IMG/VR virus record: IMGVR_UViG_3300008012_000024
Coordinates: 1-64,000 of that record
Length of the DNA: 64,000 nt
Direction: 5' to 3' (one strand)
Origin: an uncultured virus (IMG/VR IMGVR_UViG_3300008012_000024)
Lineage: Duplodnaviria; Heunggongvirae; Uroviricota; Caudoviricetes
The translations under genes were made by a program, and so were the position numbers. Shown in pieces: positions 45,695-55,909 of the stretch (the stretch's first letter is position 1; each line of letters opens with the position of its first letter). The notes beneath the pieces are model-generated. The model worked only from the letters and a program-made list of their open reading frames with translations. It made no database searches and was not told where the DNA came from.

Positions 45695-46516
45695 CTATAC
45701 TCCATCCTCATGCCAACATTCATTGTAACCATTTTTTTGATCATCATATGGGTATGACATAAGATCTTTTTTAGGCCATTTTAAATCAATACCTTTTTTA
45801 GGGAAAGATTTAAATAACCTTTTTGATAGATTAGTGCTAATCTCATGAGATTCATCCCATTGTTGACAATTATCATATAGATACTTATCTTGTTGGATTA
45901 GCATTATCTTGACACGATCATCAAAATTAGAACAATAATGTGCTCCAATATAAGTTTCAGATCTAGTAAAATATGGATAATATTTCCACAGATCATTCTT
46001 TGATATTTTTACCAGATCTGTAATGTTATATGTTTTTAATGGTATATCAAATAATTTATATAAATCTTCAGTTTTTCCCCAGAAAAGATGATCTCTGGGG
46101 TGGAATAGAAGATGTGGATATAATCCTGGTACAAATATACGATCTTTCTCTCTGTTCTCTATAAAAAATTCATACATATTGAGCATACTCTTATGATCAT
46201 ATAACTGATCGGTACGCATTTTTATAGAATACTCTGTTGTAGATTTTTTTATACCACTGAAAGAGGAGAAAATTTGAAGATTGACATTATCATCTCCAGT
46301 ATTTGTAGGTTTTTTGTTCGGTACTAATACAATTCTATCTACATTTTTATCAATAATATCTCTGAGGGATGATAAATCATCATCATCCCAACAGGATAAA
46401 ATTATATTATTAACGAAAGGAATATTTAAATAACTTTCTATTACATCATTGGTAAATTCATCATATTTTCCTTGCAGAATAATATCATGTTTTTCATACT
46501 CATTATTATTCCGCAT
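45695..46516 (-). CDS. WavE-like lipopolysaccharide synthesis protein
   Basis: IILQG, IILSCW, NVNLQI.SS..G, KMRTD, FHPRDHLFWG. Confidence 0.75.
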   Translation of the reverse strand: MRNNNEYEKHDIILQGKYDEFTNDVIESYLNIPFVNNIILSCWDDDDLSSLRDIIDKNVDRIVLVPNKKPTNTGDDNVNLQIFSSFSGIKKSTTEYSIKMRTDQLYDHKSMLNMYEFFIENREKDRIFVPGLYPHLLFHPRDHLFWGKTEDLYKLFDIPLKTYNITDLVKISKNDLWKYYPYFTRSETYIGAHYCSNFDDRVKIMLIQQDKYLYDNCQQWDESHEISTNLSKRLFKSFPKKGIDLKWPKKDLMSYPYDDQKNGYNECWHEDGV

Positions 46517-46518
46517 GA

Positions 46519-49500
46519 CTACTTTTTTTCGCGTTCAATATCATAGTGCTTCAAATTATCAACAATAAGATTATGATAATACGGAGTAAGATTATAGTTA
46601 TCAATCAAATCTAGAAAAATTTCTTTAGATTCTTCAACTTTACCCCAGTACCAACCAGAAGATGCTTTTTCAAAAAGTAAACCAAGTCTTCCAGGATATT
46701 CAACATCATGTGTTGTTTTTGGAGAATCAAAATCAGATAAAGTCAAACCCTGGCAGGCAAATTGATAACAGTGACTCCACTGCGATCTTTTCTCATGGAA
46801 TCTTGCAAGCAAAAAGTATGCTTCTGGTCTAGTTGGTTTTATACATAACGCTTGCTGCAGTAATGATTCTGCTGTACCATCTCTTGTTCCTTGTTTATCA
46901 TAACAATGATGGCACTTAATTATTGCTTCATATTGCATATCTTCACTTTCAAACCTTTCAGCGGCTCTCAAGAAATATGAAAGTGCTGGTGCAGTGTGCC
47001 CTTCTTTTTCATACCATATTCCAAGGTTGTAATTTTTTTGTGCATCCTCACAATCTAAAGAATATTCATACAATAACTGCTCTAACTCAGTCCTTTCCCT
47101 TCCAATACTTTTTTTTTCTTCTACAATTTCAGTATCTTTTTCGGAAGTTACAGAAAGCAGTGCGCCAAGTGAAACATTGTTATTTTTCCACCAATCTGTG
47201 ACAAATTTATATGTTTCAACATGATGTGCTTTGTTTTTATCAGATAATCCCTCTTTCCCATAAAAAGTAGAAGGATGATTTTGATCTTCAACAAAAAGAT
47301 TTATAGAATAAACTTTACCAAGTCCATAGAAAATTACATTTTCTGGCATTGGATAAAAATTGGAGTTTGGAATATTTAAAGTATAAGTATTATTATCAAA
47401 ATAATGATCAATTATTTTTTTAGCATACCCTCTGGTTAAAATATATGCGGTTACAGACCAATCATACATTGATCTATCACGCAATCTCACTTCTTCCTGA
47501 CCATCTCGTACACAGCAGAGTTGAACACATTCAGCATCTTCTGGAAGACTTTGAATAAATTCTGTCCAAGAAAAATTCCAATCATTAACAGTCTCAAGGC
47601 TTAGATCATCTTCACAAAAGAATGCATACTCTTCATCAGTTTCATCATACCACTTTTTAATCATCTTGATATGAGATACTACACATCCCTTTGTACCATC
47701 ATCAAGTATATGTAACTGCTCTCCTTCTAATTTATCATCAGATTCAGAAAATCTCTTGGAAATTACACCAACAGTTTTTTCTACACCACAACTAAAAAAT
47801 TGTTTATTAAGTTTATTTCTCCGTTCAACACTTTCCTCTAAACTTATATAGTAAACGCTAGGAAAGTTTACAAATTTTATTTTGTTTGGTATCTCTTTAC
47901 TTTGATTCAATTTAAATGCCATTTCTTTCCATTTATTAAGGACAATATTGTGTGAATTATGATGGTGAACATTTACATTATCATCTTCACCGTCAATTTG
48001 ATATGATGCTTTAAAGGAAATATCTTCTAAAAAGAGAGGAATTACATAAACTTCATCACTCAATCCAAAGATAATAGTTTCAATAACTGGTACAATAGCC
48101 CAGTCTGGTCTGTATTCTACATCGTGACATTTGGAATCAAGATGGAATACATCATCATAATAATATGTATCAATCAATTTTTGTGCATATTTTCTACTAA
48201 TTAAGTATGCACATCCAGACCAATCACTCCATTCTCTAGTTTTAAATTTAATATCTAAACCATACTCATATTCTCTAAGTAAACAAAGTTGAACACATTC
48301 CCATTGTGGAGGTAAAGAGTTAAAAAACTCTTCCCATGTAAAGTCCCAATATTTTACAGATTCTAAGGAGATATCATCTTCACAGAAAAAAGCATATTCC
48401 TCTTCAGTGTCATTCAACCATTCTTTAATGGCCTTTAAATGAGAAGTTACTGGACCTCTACTACCAATACTTAATCGATGTAAGTACCCACTTTGAATTT
48501 GATGCTCACTATCATCATATTTTTTAAATATATGAGGAGTTATATGATCTTCTAGTATACCATACTCTGAAAATATTTTATATAAATTTTCTCTCCTCTC
48601 TTCAGAATGTTCAACACTAATAAAATTAACTGGTGGAAGATTTTTTAATTTATTTTTATCCAGTTGATGTTGGTTATTATCAATAGATGCTGTGTAATAA
48701 CGACCACCTTCAGAAGAAACTATCCATTTAGTTTCACACTTAACGTATGCTCCAGATACTTCATCCACTTTAGCACGGTTAATCTGATTGTGTTTCATTG
48801 CTAAAACGTAATCAGTTTGCCATTCTAAATCATCACCACTATAACAACCAGAAAGATTTGCTCTTATAATATCTCTTATTTCTCTTTGCTCATAGGTTGA
48901 ACGAAAGTTTTCAAATCGTTTATTGTCTGGATGAGGCATGTGAATTAGATGATAATCAAAATCTAATTTCTTGTGCTCTAATCCATAAATCTCTAATCTT
49001 TTATAAATCTCATCATCTTCAAATGAGTAAAAATCTGAAAACGATTCGTTATATCCACCAATATTAATAAAATGTTCCTTTGAAACAAAAAGAAGACCTG
49101 TCAAATACCTATAGTATGAACTATAAGAATTGTAATAATCTTGTATTTGCTCAACACTCATCTTCATTTTATCAAATTTATGAAGACCACTCTCTTCATC
49201 ATAAAATTCTGGACTTTTTATAGAAGATTTTCCACTAACAAATGAATTTTCATCAATCTTATATTTGTTGAAAAAGGAATAATATGGACTCATTATATAA
49301 TCACAATCAACCTTAAGTATGTAATCTCCAGTCGCTTGTTGAGCAGCCAAGTTTAATGGTTGTGGTTGATTAAAATACTCAACATCATCTACACGAATGA
49401 TTTTAATCCTTTCGTCCAGTTGAGTTAGATTTTTTAATGGTTTGTCAGATTTCCAATCAACAATAATAATTTCTGATATTTCTGAGTAATTTAACCAAGA

Positions 49501-49563
49501 ATTTAATGAAACTCTTAATGCTTCATTTCTATTTTTACAAGCACATATTAATGAAATCTTCAT
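46519..49563 (-). CDS. multidomain glycosyltransferase: GT2/GT7-like, two GT25-like domains, TPR
   Basis: CKNR, KVDCD, GGYNE..EDD; 2x YISLE.S.ERR...SH.K.IK.W...FFCEDD; TPR C-terminus. Confidence 0.85.
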   Translation of the reverse strand: MKISLICACKNRNEALRVSLNSWLNYSEISEIIIVDWKSDKPLKNLTQLDERIKIIRVDDVEYFNQPQPLNLAAQQATGDYILKVDCDYIMSPYYSFFNKYKIDENSFVSGKSSIKSPEFYDEESGLHKFDKMKMSVEQIQDYYNSYSSYYRYLTGLLFVSKEHFINIGGYNESFSDFYSFEDDEIYKRLEIYGLEHKKLDFDYHLIHMPHPDNKRFENFRSTYEQREIRDIIRANLSGCYSGDDLEWQTDYVLAMKHNQINRAKVDEVSGAYVKCETKWIVSSEGGRYYTASIDNNQHQLDKNKLKNLPPVNFISVEHSEERRENLYKIFSEYGILEDHITPHIFKKYDDSEHQIQSGYLHRLSIGSRGPVTSHLKAIKEWLNDTEEEYAFFCEDDISLESVKYWDFTWEEFFNSLPPQWECVQLCLLREYEYGLDIKFKTREWSDWSGCAYLISRKYAQKLIDTYYYDDVFHLDSKCHDVEYRPDWAIVPVIETIIFGLSDEVYVIPLFLEDISFKASYQIDGEDDNVNVHHHNSHNIVLNKWKEMAFKLNQSKEIPNKIKFVNFPSVYYISLEESVERRNKLNKQFFSCGVEKTVGVISKRFSESDDKLEGEQLHILDDGTKGCVVSHIKMIKKWYDETDEEYAFFCEDDLSLETVNDWNFSWTEFIQSLPEDAECVQLCCVRDGQEEVRLRDRSMYDWSVTAYILTRGYAKKIIDHYFDNNTYTLNIPNSNFYPMPENVIFYGLGKVYSINLFVEDQNHPSTFYGKEGLSDKNKAHHVETYKFVTDWWKNNNVSLGALLSVTSEKDTEIVEEKKSIGRERTELEQLLYEYSLDCEDAQKNYNLGIWYEKEGHTAPALSYFLRAAERFESEDMQYEAIIKCHHCYDKQGTRDGTAESLLQQALCIKPTRPEAYFLLARFHEKRSQWSHCYQFACQGLTLSDFDSPKTTHDVEYPGRLGLLFEKASSGWYWGKVEESKEIFLDLIDNYNLTPYYHNLIVDNLKHYDIEREKK

Positions 49564-50039
49564 TCAGACAACTCTCTCCTATAATAATTACAATTATCTG
49601 TACAGATACCTTTTGTTGATAATATTCTATCGTATCTTTCTTCGTATTTATTGTAATAAGAAATGGACTCTGGTAGAACAATGATTGAGTTATTATATGG
49701 TATTTGTCCTACTAATACCCACCCAATACCCCTACTGGTTAAAGCATACCTATCATTTTCATGATAGAAGTAATGTAAATTCATGACCGTAGAAGAGCAG
49801 AACTCTAAGGATTCACGATCTTTACAGTGAATCCAGAGTCTTTCTCTATGCTTATAAAGCCACCCAAGTTTCAATGGATATTGAGGTTTATCATGTCCAA
49901 GAAAAAGTTGTTTATCTTTCGATCTCAAATCAATTTCTACGTCATATCCCATCGATAAGGCTTCATCAATGTAATCTGGACTATTTTCCCTTTCAGGATT
50001 AGGACCATCTACATTTCCCCTATGAGCAATGATAATCAT
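49560..50039 (-). CDS. short glycerophosphodiester phosphodiesterase-like protein
   Basis: IAHRGN...EN...DVEID...LGHD...WIHCK...GICTD. Confidence 0.8.
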   Translation of the reverse strand: MIIIAHRGNVDGPNPERENSPDYIDEALSMGYDVEIDLRSKDKQLFLGHDKPQYPLKLGWLYKHRERLWIHCKDRESLEFCSSTVMNLHYFYHENDRYALTSRGIGWVLVGQIPYNNSIIVLPESISYYNKYEERYDRILSTKGICTDNCNYYRRELSE

Positions 50040-50040
50040 A

Positions 50041-51279
50041 TCAAAACTCTAAAACCCATTCTGGAAGAGATCCACCACCAGTTTCATATCCCCACTTATC
50101 AATAGCAGCACGGAATTCCTCTCCAGGATTCTTATCAATCGCTTGTCGCATTGCTAAAGCACCAGAGAGAGTGCCACCAGGGTGTCCATGAACTGCACCA
50201 CCACAGTTTGCTAGGAAATCAGTTCCAAACTTCTCAGCAGTAGTGTTGACGATACCTGGATGCATACCACAACTGAGTGCTGGTAGGACATTTCTATGAT
50301 GCAAAGTATCCATCACGGTATGCAGTTCTGCTTCATCATCACTCAAATATCCACCCCACATACCAGCATGGATAGTATCAACACCACAGAGACCTGCAAG
50401 GTCACAAAGAACACTCCAATCGATACCAAAGTTATGACGCTTATCAGTCAGAATCTTATCTCCACTCTTCTGATAATGAACAAACATTGGAAGATCCATC
50501 TTCCTCACGGAATTGTAAACACCAAGTCCACTCCAGAAATTAATGTGAATACCATTACCACCATTATTTGCAACAAACTTTGCACGATCAAGGATAGTAT
50601 GGTGATCACCATTAATGCAGAAACAGTAAATTACTCCCCTACCACATTCATTAACAAGATTTGAAATAAGTTCTACACGATCTTCAAGACGGCAAAAAGA
50701 TGGATTGGAAAGAATCTCATCTTCTTTAATAAAATCTACTCCACCATCGAGAAGTTCTTTAACCATCTCCGAAAGAGTTTGTGGAGAGATTCCAGTTTTT
50801 GGTTTAACAATAGCACCAGAAAGTGGTTTATCGTAACGATTAACAAACCTACGGATACCATCAATACCATACTTAGGTCCCAAAAACTGTGCTTCAACAT
50901 CAGCAGGAAAATCAAGTTTTCTGAGTCTACATGTTTTGAAGACATCAATATCAAGTTGTCCACCCATTAACTGACACATCAGATGAGAAATACCATCACC
51001 TTCCCAATCAGTATTCACTTTAGGGAAACCAATCTTTACTTCACCAGAAGTCATGTTAGTTAATTTTTCTTCATCGTCGTAAATGACGCATGATGCAAGT
51101 TCAAAAAGATCATCACTTTCCCAACGATTACGAACTTTTGGATTACCCACACTTTGTCCAATTGCAAGTGCCCAAGCAGCATCTCGCAAGTTGCCTATAT
51201 TTTCATATGTTTCGATGTAAAATGTAGCAACAACACAACGATTTTTTTCTTGTTCTGTTAATTCTCTAAAAAATTTCAT
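50041..51279 (-). CDS. RuBisCO-like protein (form IV)
   Basis: GAIVKPKTG, GVDFIKEDE, DTIHAG, SCGMHPG, GGAVHGHP; lacks E60, N123, R295 and loop-6 K334 equivalents. Confidence 0.92.
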   Translation of the reverse strand: MKFFRELTEQEKNRCVVATFYIETYENIGNLRDAAWALAIGQSVGNPKVRNRWESDDLFELASCVIYDDEEKLTNMTSGEVKIGFPKVNTDWEGDGISHLMCQLMGGQLDIDVFKTCRLRKLDFPADVEAQFLGPKYGIDGIRRFVNRYDKPLSGAIVKPKTGISPQTLSEMVKELLDGGVDFIKEDEILSNPSFCRLEDRVELISNLVNECGRGVIYCFCINGDHHTILDRAKFVANNGGNGIHINFWSGLGVYNSVRKMDLPMFVHYQKSGDKILTDKRHNFGIDWSVLCDLAGLCGVDTIHAGMWGGYLSDDEAELHTVMDTLHHRNVLPALSCGMHPGIVNTTAEKFGTDFLANCGGAVHGHPGGTLSGALAMRQAIDKNPGEEFRAAIDKWGYETGGGSLPEWVLEF

Positions 51280-51950
51280 ACTTTAACCTCATTTTTTATA
51301 AAAACCAATATCTCATCACCAGCAAATCCATATGTTTTATTAGAACCATATGTCTTTACTTGAGTAATATTACAATAATACTTATCATTATTATATTGTT
51401 CAAGAAAATTTGCATATGATTGGATTGCGTAGTCAACGTCTTCAACTATAAGAATTCCTCCAGGATTTAAATACTTATGAACATTTGAAATTACTTTTAC
51501 CTGATCCCAAAACTCATGGCTGGCATCGTCTATAATAATATCAAATTTAGTACCTGTTTTTTCAAATGCTTCAAGAATTGATTGTTCATCCCTAACATTT
51601 ATATAATCATAATGAACGTTATGAAGATTATCATTTTTAGCAAGTTGGACAAAATCATATTGATAGCGAGTTTCTGTACAGTGTTCCAATTTACAATCCC
51701 AACCATATAGAGTAGCCTGCGAAAAATACTCTCTCCACATCTTCATAGATGCATTTTTATATATACCAATCTCACCAAACACAATGTCTTTATGTCTAAG
51801 ATTAGAAAATAAAAAATTATAAAAAGGAGTATAGGAATGACGCCCCATTTCATATACTAATGAAGATTTGTCTGTTTTATATTTTTCACCAATATGACAT
51901 AAATCAGTTGGAGATGTGAAACTATTGTAAAGTACTTGATTGAATTTCAT
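51276..51950 (-). CDS. class I SAM-dependent O-methyltransferase-like protein
   Basis: YKTDK, HSYTPFY, EIGI..AS.KMW.EYF, FDIIIDDASH, GGILIVED. Confidence 0.85.
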   Translation of the reverse strand: MKFNQVLYNSFTSPTDLCHIGEKYKTDKSSLVYEMGRHSYTPFYNFLFSNLRHKDIVFGEIGIYKNASMKMWREYFSQATLYGWDCKLEHCTETRYQYDFVQLAKNDNLHNVHYDYINVRDEQSILEAFEKTGTKFDIIIDDASHEFWDQVKVISNVHKYLNPGGILIVEDVDYAIQSYANFLEQYNNDKYYCNITQVKTYGSNKTYGFAGDEILVFIKNEVKV

Positions 51951-52273
51951 AATTTAACCTCAAATTTGTCTGATGGTATAGATGGTGTTTTTACACATAC
52001 TACTGTGCAGTCTTCCAAAAACACTGGATCTGCAACTTCATATCTATCTAGTACGAATACATCACCACTGTTTATTTCTTTATTTTGAATTATCATTTTT
52101 CCAGAAACTAGAACATTATATTCTATACCCTTTTTATGATAATGTGCAGGCCACTCTTCACCCTTTTTATGATTTAAAACTGCCACTTCAAAATCTTTTG
52201 TTCTAAAAATAGAGGGTTCAAAATCACCAATGATCCACCCTCTAGTGTAATCGGAAAGTTTAGTAATTTTCAT
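51947..52273 (-). CDS. cupin-fold protein
   Basis: RGWIIGDFEP, HYHK..EYN, VKTPS..DK. Confidence 0.75.
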   Translation of the reverse strand: MKITKLSDYTRGWIIGDFEPSIFRTKDFEVAVLNHKKGEEWPAHYHKKGIEYNVLVSGKMIIQNKEINSGDVFVLDRYEVADPVFLEDCTVVCVKTPSIPSDKFEVKL

Positions 52274-52982
52274 ATTTCATAAGAAAGGAATCTAAATCTT
52301 CTGGAACCCCAACTGGATTATGTTGCCAATTTGGAATATGATGAATACCAACTTTTAACTCCTTCTTTATCATATGATTGTAAGAAGGTCCAACATAAAA
52401 TTCACCATTAGGTGCTCTATCATCACATTCTATCATACTCTCAGTACTTTGTACAAAGTACTTACCCTTTCTCCAGTAATGAATACCATTTAAAGAAATG
52501 TCACTCAATACCTCCTTTTCTTTTATCAATTTAACAAAACCATTTTTATCAATTTTAGCATAACTATTTTTAGGAGTAGTTGTGCTATAAGTTACAACAA
52601 CACCATCATACTTATAATATCTAGCAGTTGTCAAGAAAAGATCAGAATCCCACCACATAATTTGATCACAATTGGCAATAACAAGTTCATCCTCATTATT
52701 AATATAATCTTTAAATAAAAGACAACTAGATGCAGGACCTTCGGTTGTTTCTTCTACACTGATTATTTTTGCATCGGGAAGAATGTTGTGAAGTAATGTG
52801 CAAACCTGATCATAATAACTATCCTTTCTGATTACAAAATGATATGTACCATTCATACCAAGAGACTCAATAGCTCTTTGTATCATTGGAACACCGTGTA
52901 TATCAATTAAAGGTTTTGGTATTTTGTAAGTATCTCTAGGAAATCTAGTTCCTTCACCCGCCATTGGTATTAAAATGTTCAT
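52260..52982 (-). CDS. sugar nucleotidyltransferase (BcbE-like GT-A fold)
   Basis: IPMAGEGTRF, PKPLI, T.GPA, IANCDQ, EK, GEFYV.P.YN, G.PEDL. Confidence 0.88.
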   Translation of the reverse strand: MNILIPMAGEGTRFPRDTYKIPKPLIDIHGVPMIQRAIESLGMNGTYHFVIRKDSYYDQVCTLLHNILPDAKIISVEETTEGPASSCLLFKDYINNEDELVIANCDQIMWWDSDLFLTTARYYKYDGVVVTYSTTTPKNSYAKIDKNGFVKLIKEKEVLSDISLNGIHYWRKGKYFVQSTESMIECDDRAPNGEFYVGPSYNHMIKKELKVGIHHIPNWQHNPVGVPEDLDSFLMKYENY

Positions 52983-53627
52983 TCACTTTACCTCAATAAA
53001 CTTATTGTATCTCTTTTTTCTAGCAAATCCAATTCCCCAATCTTGAGGACATGCATTTTCAATAACATCCCATCTAGTTTTGTCCAAATTATTAATAAAT
53101 TTATTTGGACCTGGATGACACGTTGTGTCATGTAAACCAACTATTCCATTCGGTGCTAACAATTTAGTATATTCCCAATCAGTCAATACTTGATTAATAC
53201 TATGCCATCCATCAATAAAAATGAAATCAAATTTTTTAATTCCCCAAAACTGGTCAAACATACCAACATTTTCATCAATATATGAACTATTGTTCTGAAT
53301 GGTATGAATGTTATTATCTGGATCCCTTATAAAAGACCTATCTTCAAGATCAAGACCAACGTATATAGTCTCATGTCTTTTATTTGAAGTTAATACATGA
53401 ACAAATGATTCTTCATCATTTCTAGCAATACCAATCTCAAGAATTGCTTTAGCATGATCTTTTACTTTTAAAAATTGTTCTAAAAGATTTGATCTATTAC
53501 ATTCAGTTACTTCTTTACAATTATCAGATCTTACATAATTTTTAAAAAAATCATTTTGCTCATAATCTAAATCATCATATTCAGTAAAAGTTCTGATATC
53601 ACAAACAAGATCTTTTTTCCATTTCAT
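52983..53627 (-). CDS. class I SAM-dependent methyltransferase
   Basis: ILEIG, FDFIFIDGWHS, GIVGLHDT. Confidence 0.85.
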   Translation of the reverse strand: MKWKKDLVCDIRTFTEYDDLDYEQNDFFKNYVRSDNCKEVTECNRSNLLEQFLKVKDHAKAILEIGIARNDEESFVHVLTSNKRHETIYVGLDLEDRSFIRDPDNNIHTIQNNSSYIDENVGMFDQFWGIKKFDFIFIDGWHSINQVLTDWEYTKLLAPNGIVGLHDTTCHPGPNKFINNLDKTRWDVIENACPQDWGIGFARKKRYNKFIEVK

Positions 53628-54256
53628 AATACTTCTCCAGGTTTTAGTTTAAAATAGTCAGGAAGATTAGTAAACCATTTATATTCCTCTCCCAATTTTT
53701 GTTCCAACAATTGTTTTATTTCTTCTGTTTCTTTTTCCCAACTTGTTTTTCTTTCCTTAAAATTAAGTTTAGGATGGTTTTTAGGGACTCCCCAATAATT
53801 TCTAATCTCTTCTTGAACTTTAATATCACCCAAAGACTCATACTTGGTGAATAAAAATTCATATTCACTATTGGGATTTTCAACATAACCCGTTAAGTGA
53901 GATTTATATTGAACCGCATCATAAGGATTTAGTAAGTATTCTTTAAGGGTTATTGTATTACCAACCTTAAAATAAGTTGGATCGCCACAACACCATTCTC
54001 TCCAATGAACCCATGTTTCACTAGGAAATCCTCTGCGGAAGGAAGCTAAAATATAGTCATAAGGATTACACATTAAATAATGAATTTTATGTCCATTCTT
54101 ATATTTTATATAATTATTAGAATATTCTATAGGCAATCCTTCTTTTTTAAATCTACTATGAACGCTATAAGTTGATCCATCTAATGTTGGTCCTTTTCCC
54201 AACCATCGTAATAAGTAATGTGTTGCAGTATTTCCTGGAGTTATTAATATGTTCAT
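53624..54256 (-). CDS. sulfotransferase-like P-loop protein
   Basis: PGNTATHYL, NPYD..AS..RR, KYESL. Confidence 0.5.
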   Translation of the reverse strand: MNILITPGNTATHYLLRWLGKGPTLDGSTYSVHSRFKKEGLPIEYSNNYIKYKNGHKIHYLMCNPYDYILASFRRGFPSETWVHWREWCCGDPTYFKVGNTITLKEYLLNPYDAVQYKSHLTGYVENPNSEYEFLFTKYESLGDIKVQEEIRNYWGVPKNHPKLNFKERKTSWEKETEEIKQLLEQKLGEEYKWFTNLPDYFKLKPGEVL

Positions 54257-54260
54257 TTAG

Positions 54261-55133
54261 TTAATAATTTATAATTTTTTTCACAATTTGTTTTGTTGTT
54301 AAATTGTTTTTTAGATGGGAAAAAAGATATTCATTTAAAGAATTATATTCTGGATGAATTTCTCCTTTTCTAGCATATTTATTAACCTCTCTGAATATCT
54401 CTTTAGGATAATCTAACATCACAAATGCAGGACATTCATCAATATCTGGAAAATATGGTACACACTTATTGGCAAGTATTTCAAGATGCCTCATACAATT
54501 CCATTGACTTTTTTTCCAAGTTATTCCATAATAAGATATTGCATAATCCCTATAATATGATTCTTCAGTAGTATAAACATACGTTTCTTTTTTTCCAGGA
54601 ATTATGTCAGCAAATACTTTTTCTTTTTTAGGAGTATGTTTAATTAGTTGTGACTCAGGTATACCAAAACTTATGGGATTTCCTGCTCCTATATTTTCTA
54701 ATTGACTCTTCCATATTATTCCATAAGGAAATATTCCAAAAGCGTGAGAATAATTCCAAGAATTATCTGATCCATCAATAAAATGAACTTTATCTTTAGA
54801 ATAGTATTTTCTAACAATATCAAGATAATCTAAACATCTCCTATTTGGAAATGACTCATGTGTGTATACACATCCGTATATAATAATATCATAAAACTTA
54901 GAACGTATTTTTTCAACTATTATTTCTGGAGATTCTACGTTTGGAACATAATCAAGTTTTCCAAACATAGTAAATCCTTTTCCATATAATTTAGATAGAT
55001 CAGAACTATTTTTAATCATATAAGAAGGATAATGAGTCTCATATACATCAAATCCACTATCAATTAATCCATGATAAACAGTATCTGCCTGATATTCTGG
55101 GTATGCAAAGTTATAGACGTATAAAATTTTCAT
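54261..55133 (-). CDS. putative glycosyltransferase (GT-B-like)
   Basis: YQAD..YHGL, FIDGSD, YY.DY..S.YGIT.KK..W.CMRHLEI.A..C.PYF. Confidence 0.65.
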   Translation of the reverse strand: MKILYVYNFAYPEYQADTVYHGLIDSGFDVYETHYPSYMIKNSSDLSKLYGKGFTMFGKLDYVPNVESPEIIVEKIRSKFYDIIIYGCVYTHESFPNRRCLDYLDIVRKYYSKDKVHFIDGSDNSWNYSHAFGIFPYGIIWKSQLENIGAGNPISFGIPESQLIKHTPKKEKVFADIIPGKKETYVYTTEESYYRDYAISYYGITWKKSQWNCMRHLEILANKCVPYFPDIDECPAFVMLDYPKEIFREVNKYARKGEIHPEYNSLNEYLFSHLKNNLTTKQIVKKIINY

Positions 55134-55909
55134 TAGTAAACGTGAGTTTCTGCGGAATAATGTTCACCATACCAGTATCTCCTAAAATCTTTTTTGTTAT
55201 TGATAATAACATTGAAAGGAAATCTATTAAGTTCTATTTGCATACTGTTCAAATAATCACGAAGAATAGATTCTGGATGATAATCAATGGTACCCATATT
55301 AGTGAGATTATTATATAAATCAGAATATATGTCCATCAATTGTGATGTACCTAATGCAAATTGATCATTAACTCCACCACACCAATCTTCACCTTTTGGA
55401 ATATTAATACAATCTGGTAACTTTTTCAAATCCAATTCTTTACCTTCAAAATCACTATCAAATCTCATCCGTATAACTCTATCAAAAACAATATTGTTTT
55501 CATTCTCATAATCTTTTTTTAATTGATTACTTTTCCAAATAGAGTACAACATACTTATGTAACCAATATCATGCCTTGGTTTAATACATGTATCTGGTAT
55601 AAAGGGATTGGTATCTAAACAATCATATATTTTTTGAAAATGATGTTTTTTACTTTCATAATCTTCAATGAGTAAAGTCTCATACTTGTATTGATTTTGA
55701 TCAATAATACCAAGATCAGTTTCTACAATGTTTTGTTTTTCCTTTAACTCTAAACCCTGTATCGTTGTCGTAAAATCTTCACGATCATATATCTTCCAAG
55801 TATGAATAAAAAGTTTTAGATCTTCATAATTTTTAGTTATATTCTCAATACTACGAACAGCAAATTCTGGATACCTGACAGCACCAGAAATACATATAGC
55901 GATTTTCAT
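55133..55909 (-). CDS. putative glycosyltransferase
   Basis: KIAICISG..R, FIHTW, SMLYS, FDRVIRMRFD, NDQFALG, HPE. Confidence 0.7.
   Translation of the reverse strand: MKIAICISGAVRYPEFAVRSIENITKNYEDLKLFIHTWKIYDREDFTTTIQGLELKEKQNIVETDLGIIDQNQYKYETLLIEDYESKKHHFQKIYDCLDTNPFIPDTCIKPRHDIGYISMLYSIWKSNQLKKDYENENNIVFDRVIRMRFDSDFEGKELDLKKLPDCINIPKGEDWCGGVNDQFALGTSQLMDIYSDLYNNLTNMGTIDYHPESILRDYLNSMQIELNRFPFNVIINNKKDFRRYWYGEHYSAETHVY

Noticed and set aside
50041..51279. True CO2-fixing RuBisCO (rbcL) as an auxiliary metabolic gene
   Set aside because: Only 412 aa, lacks E60, N123, R295 and K334 equivalents, no rbcS, and sits in a glycan operon
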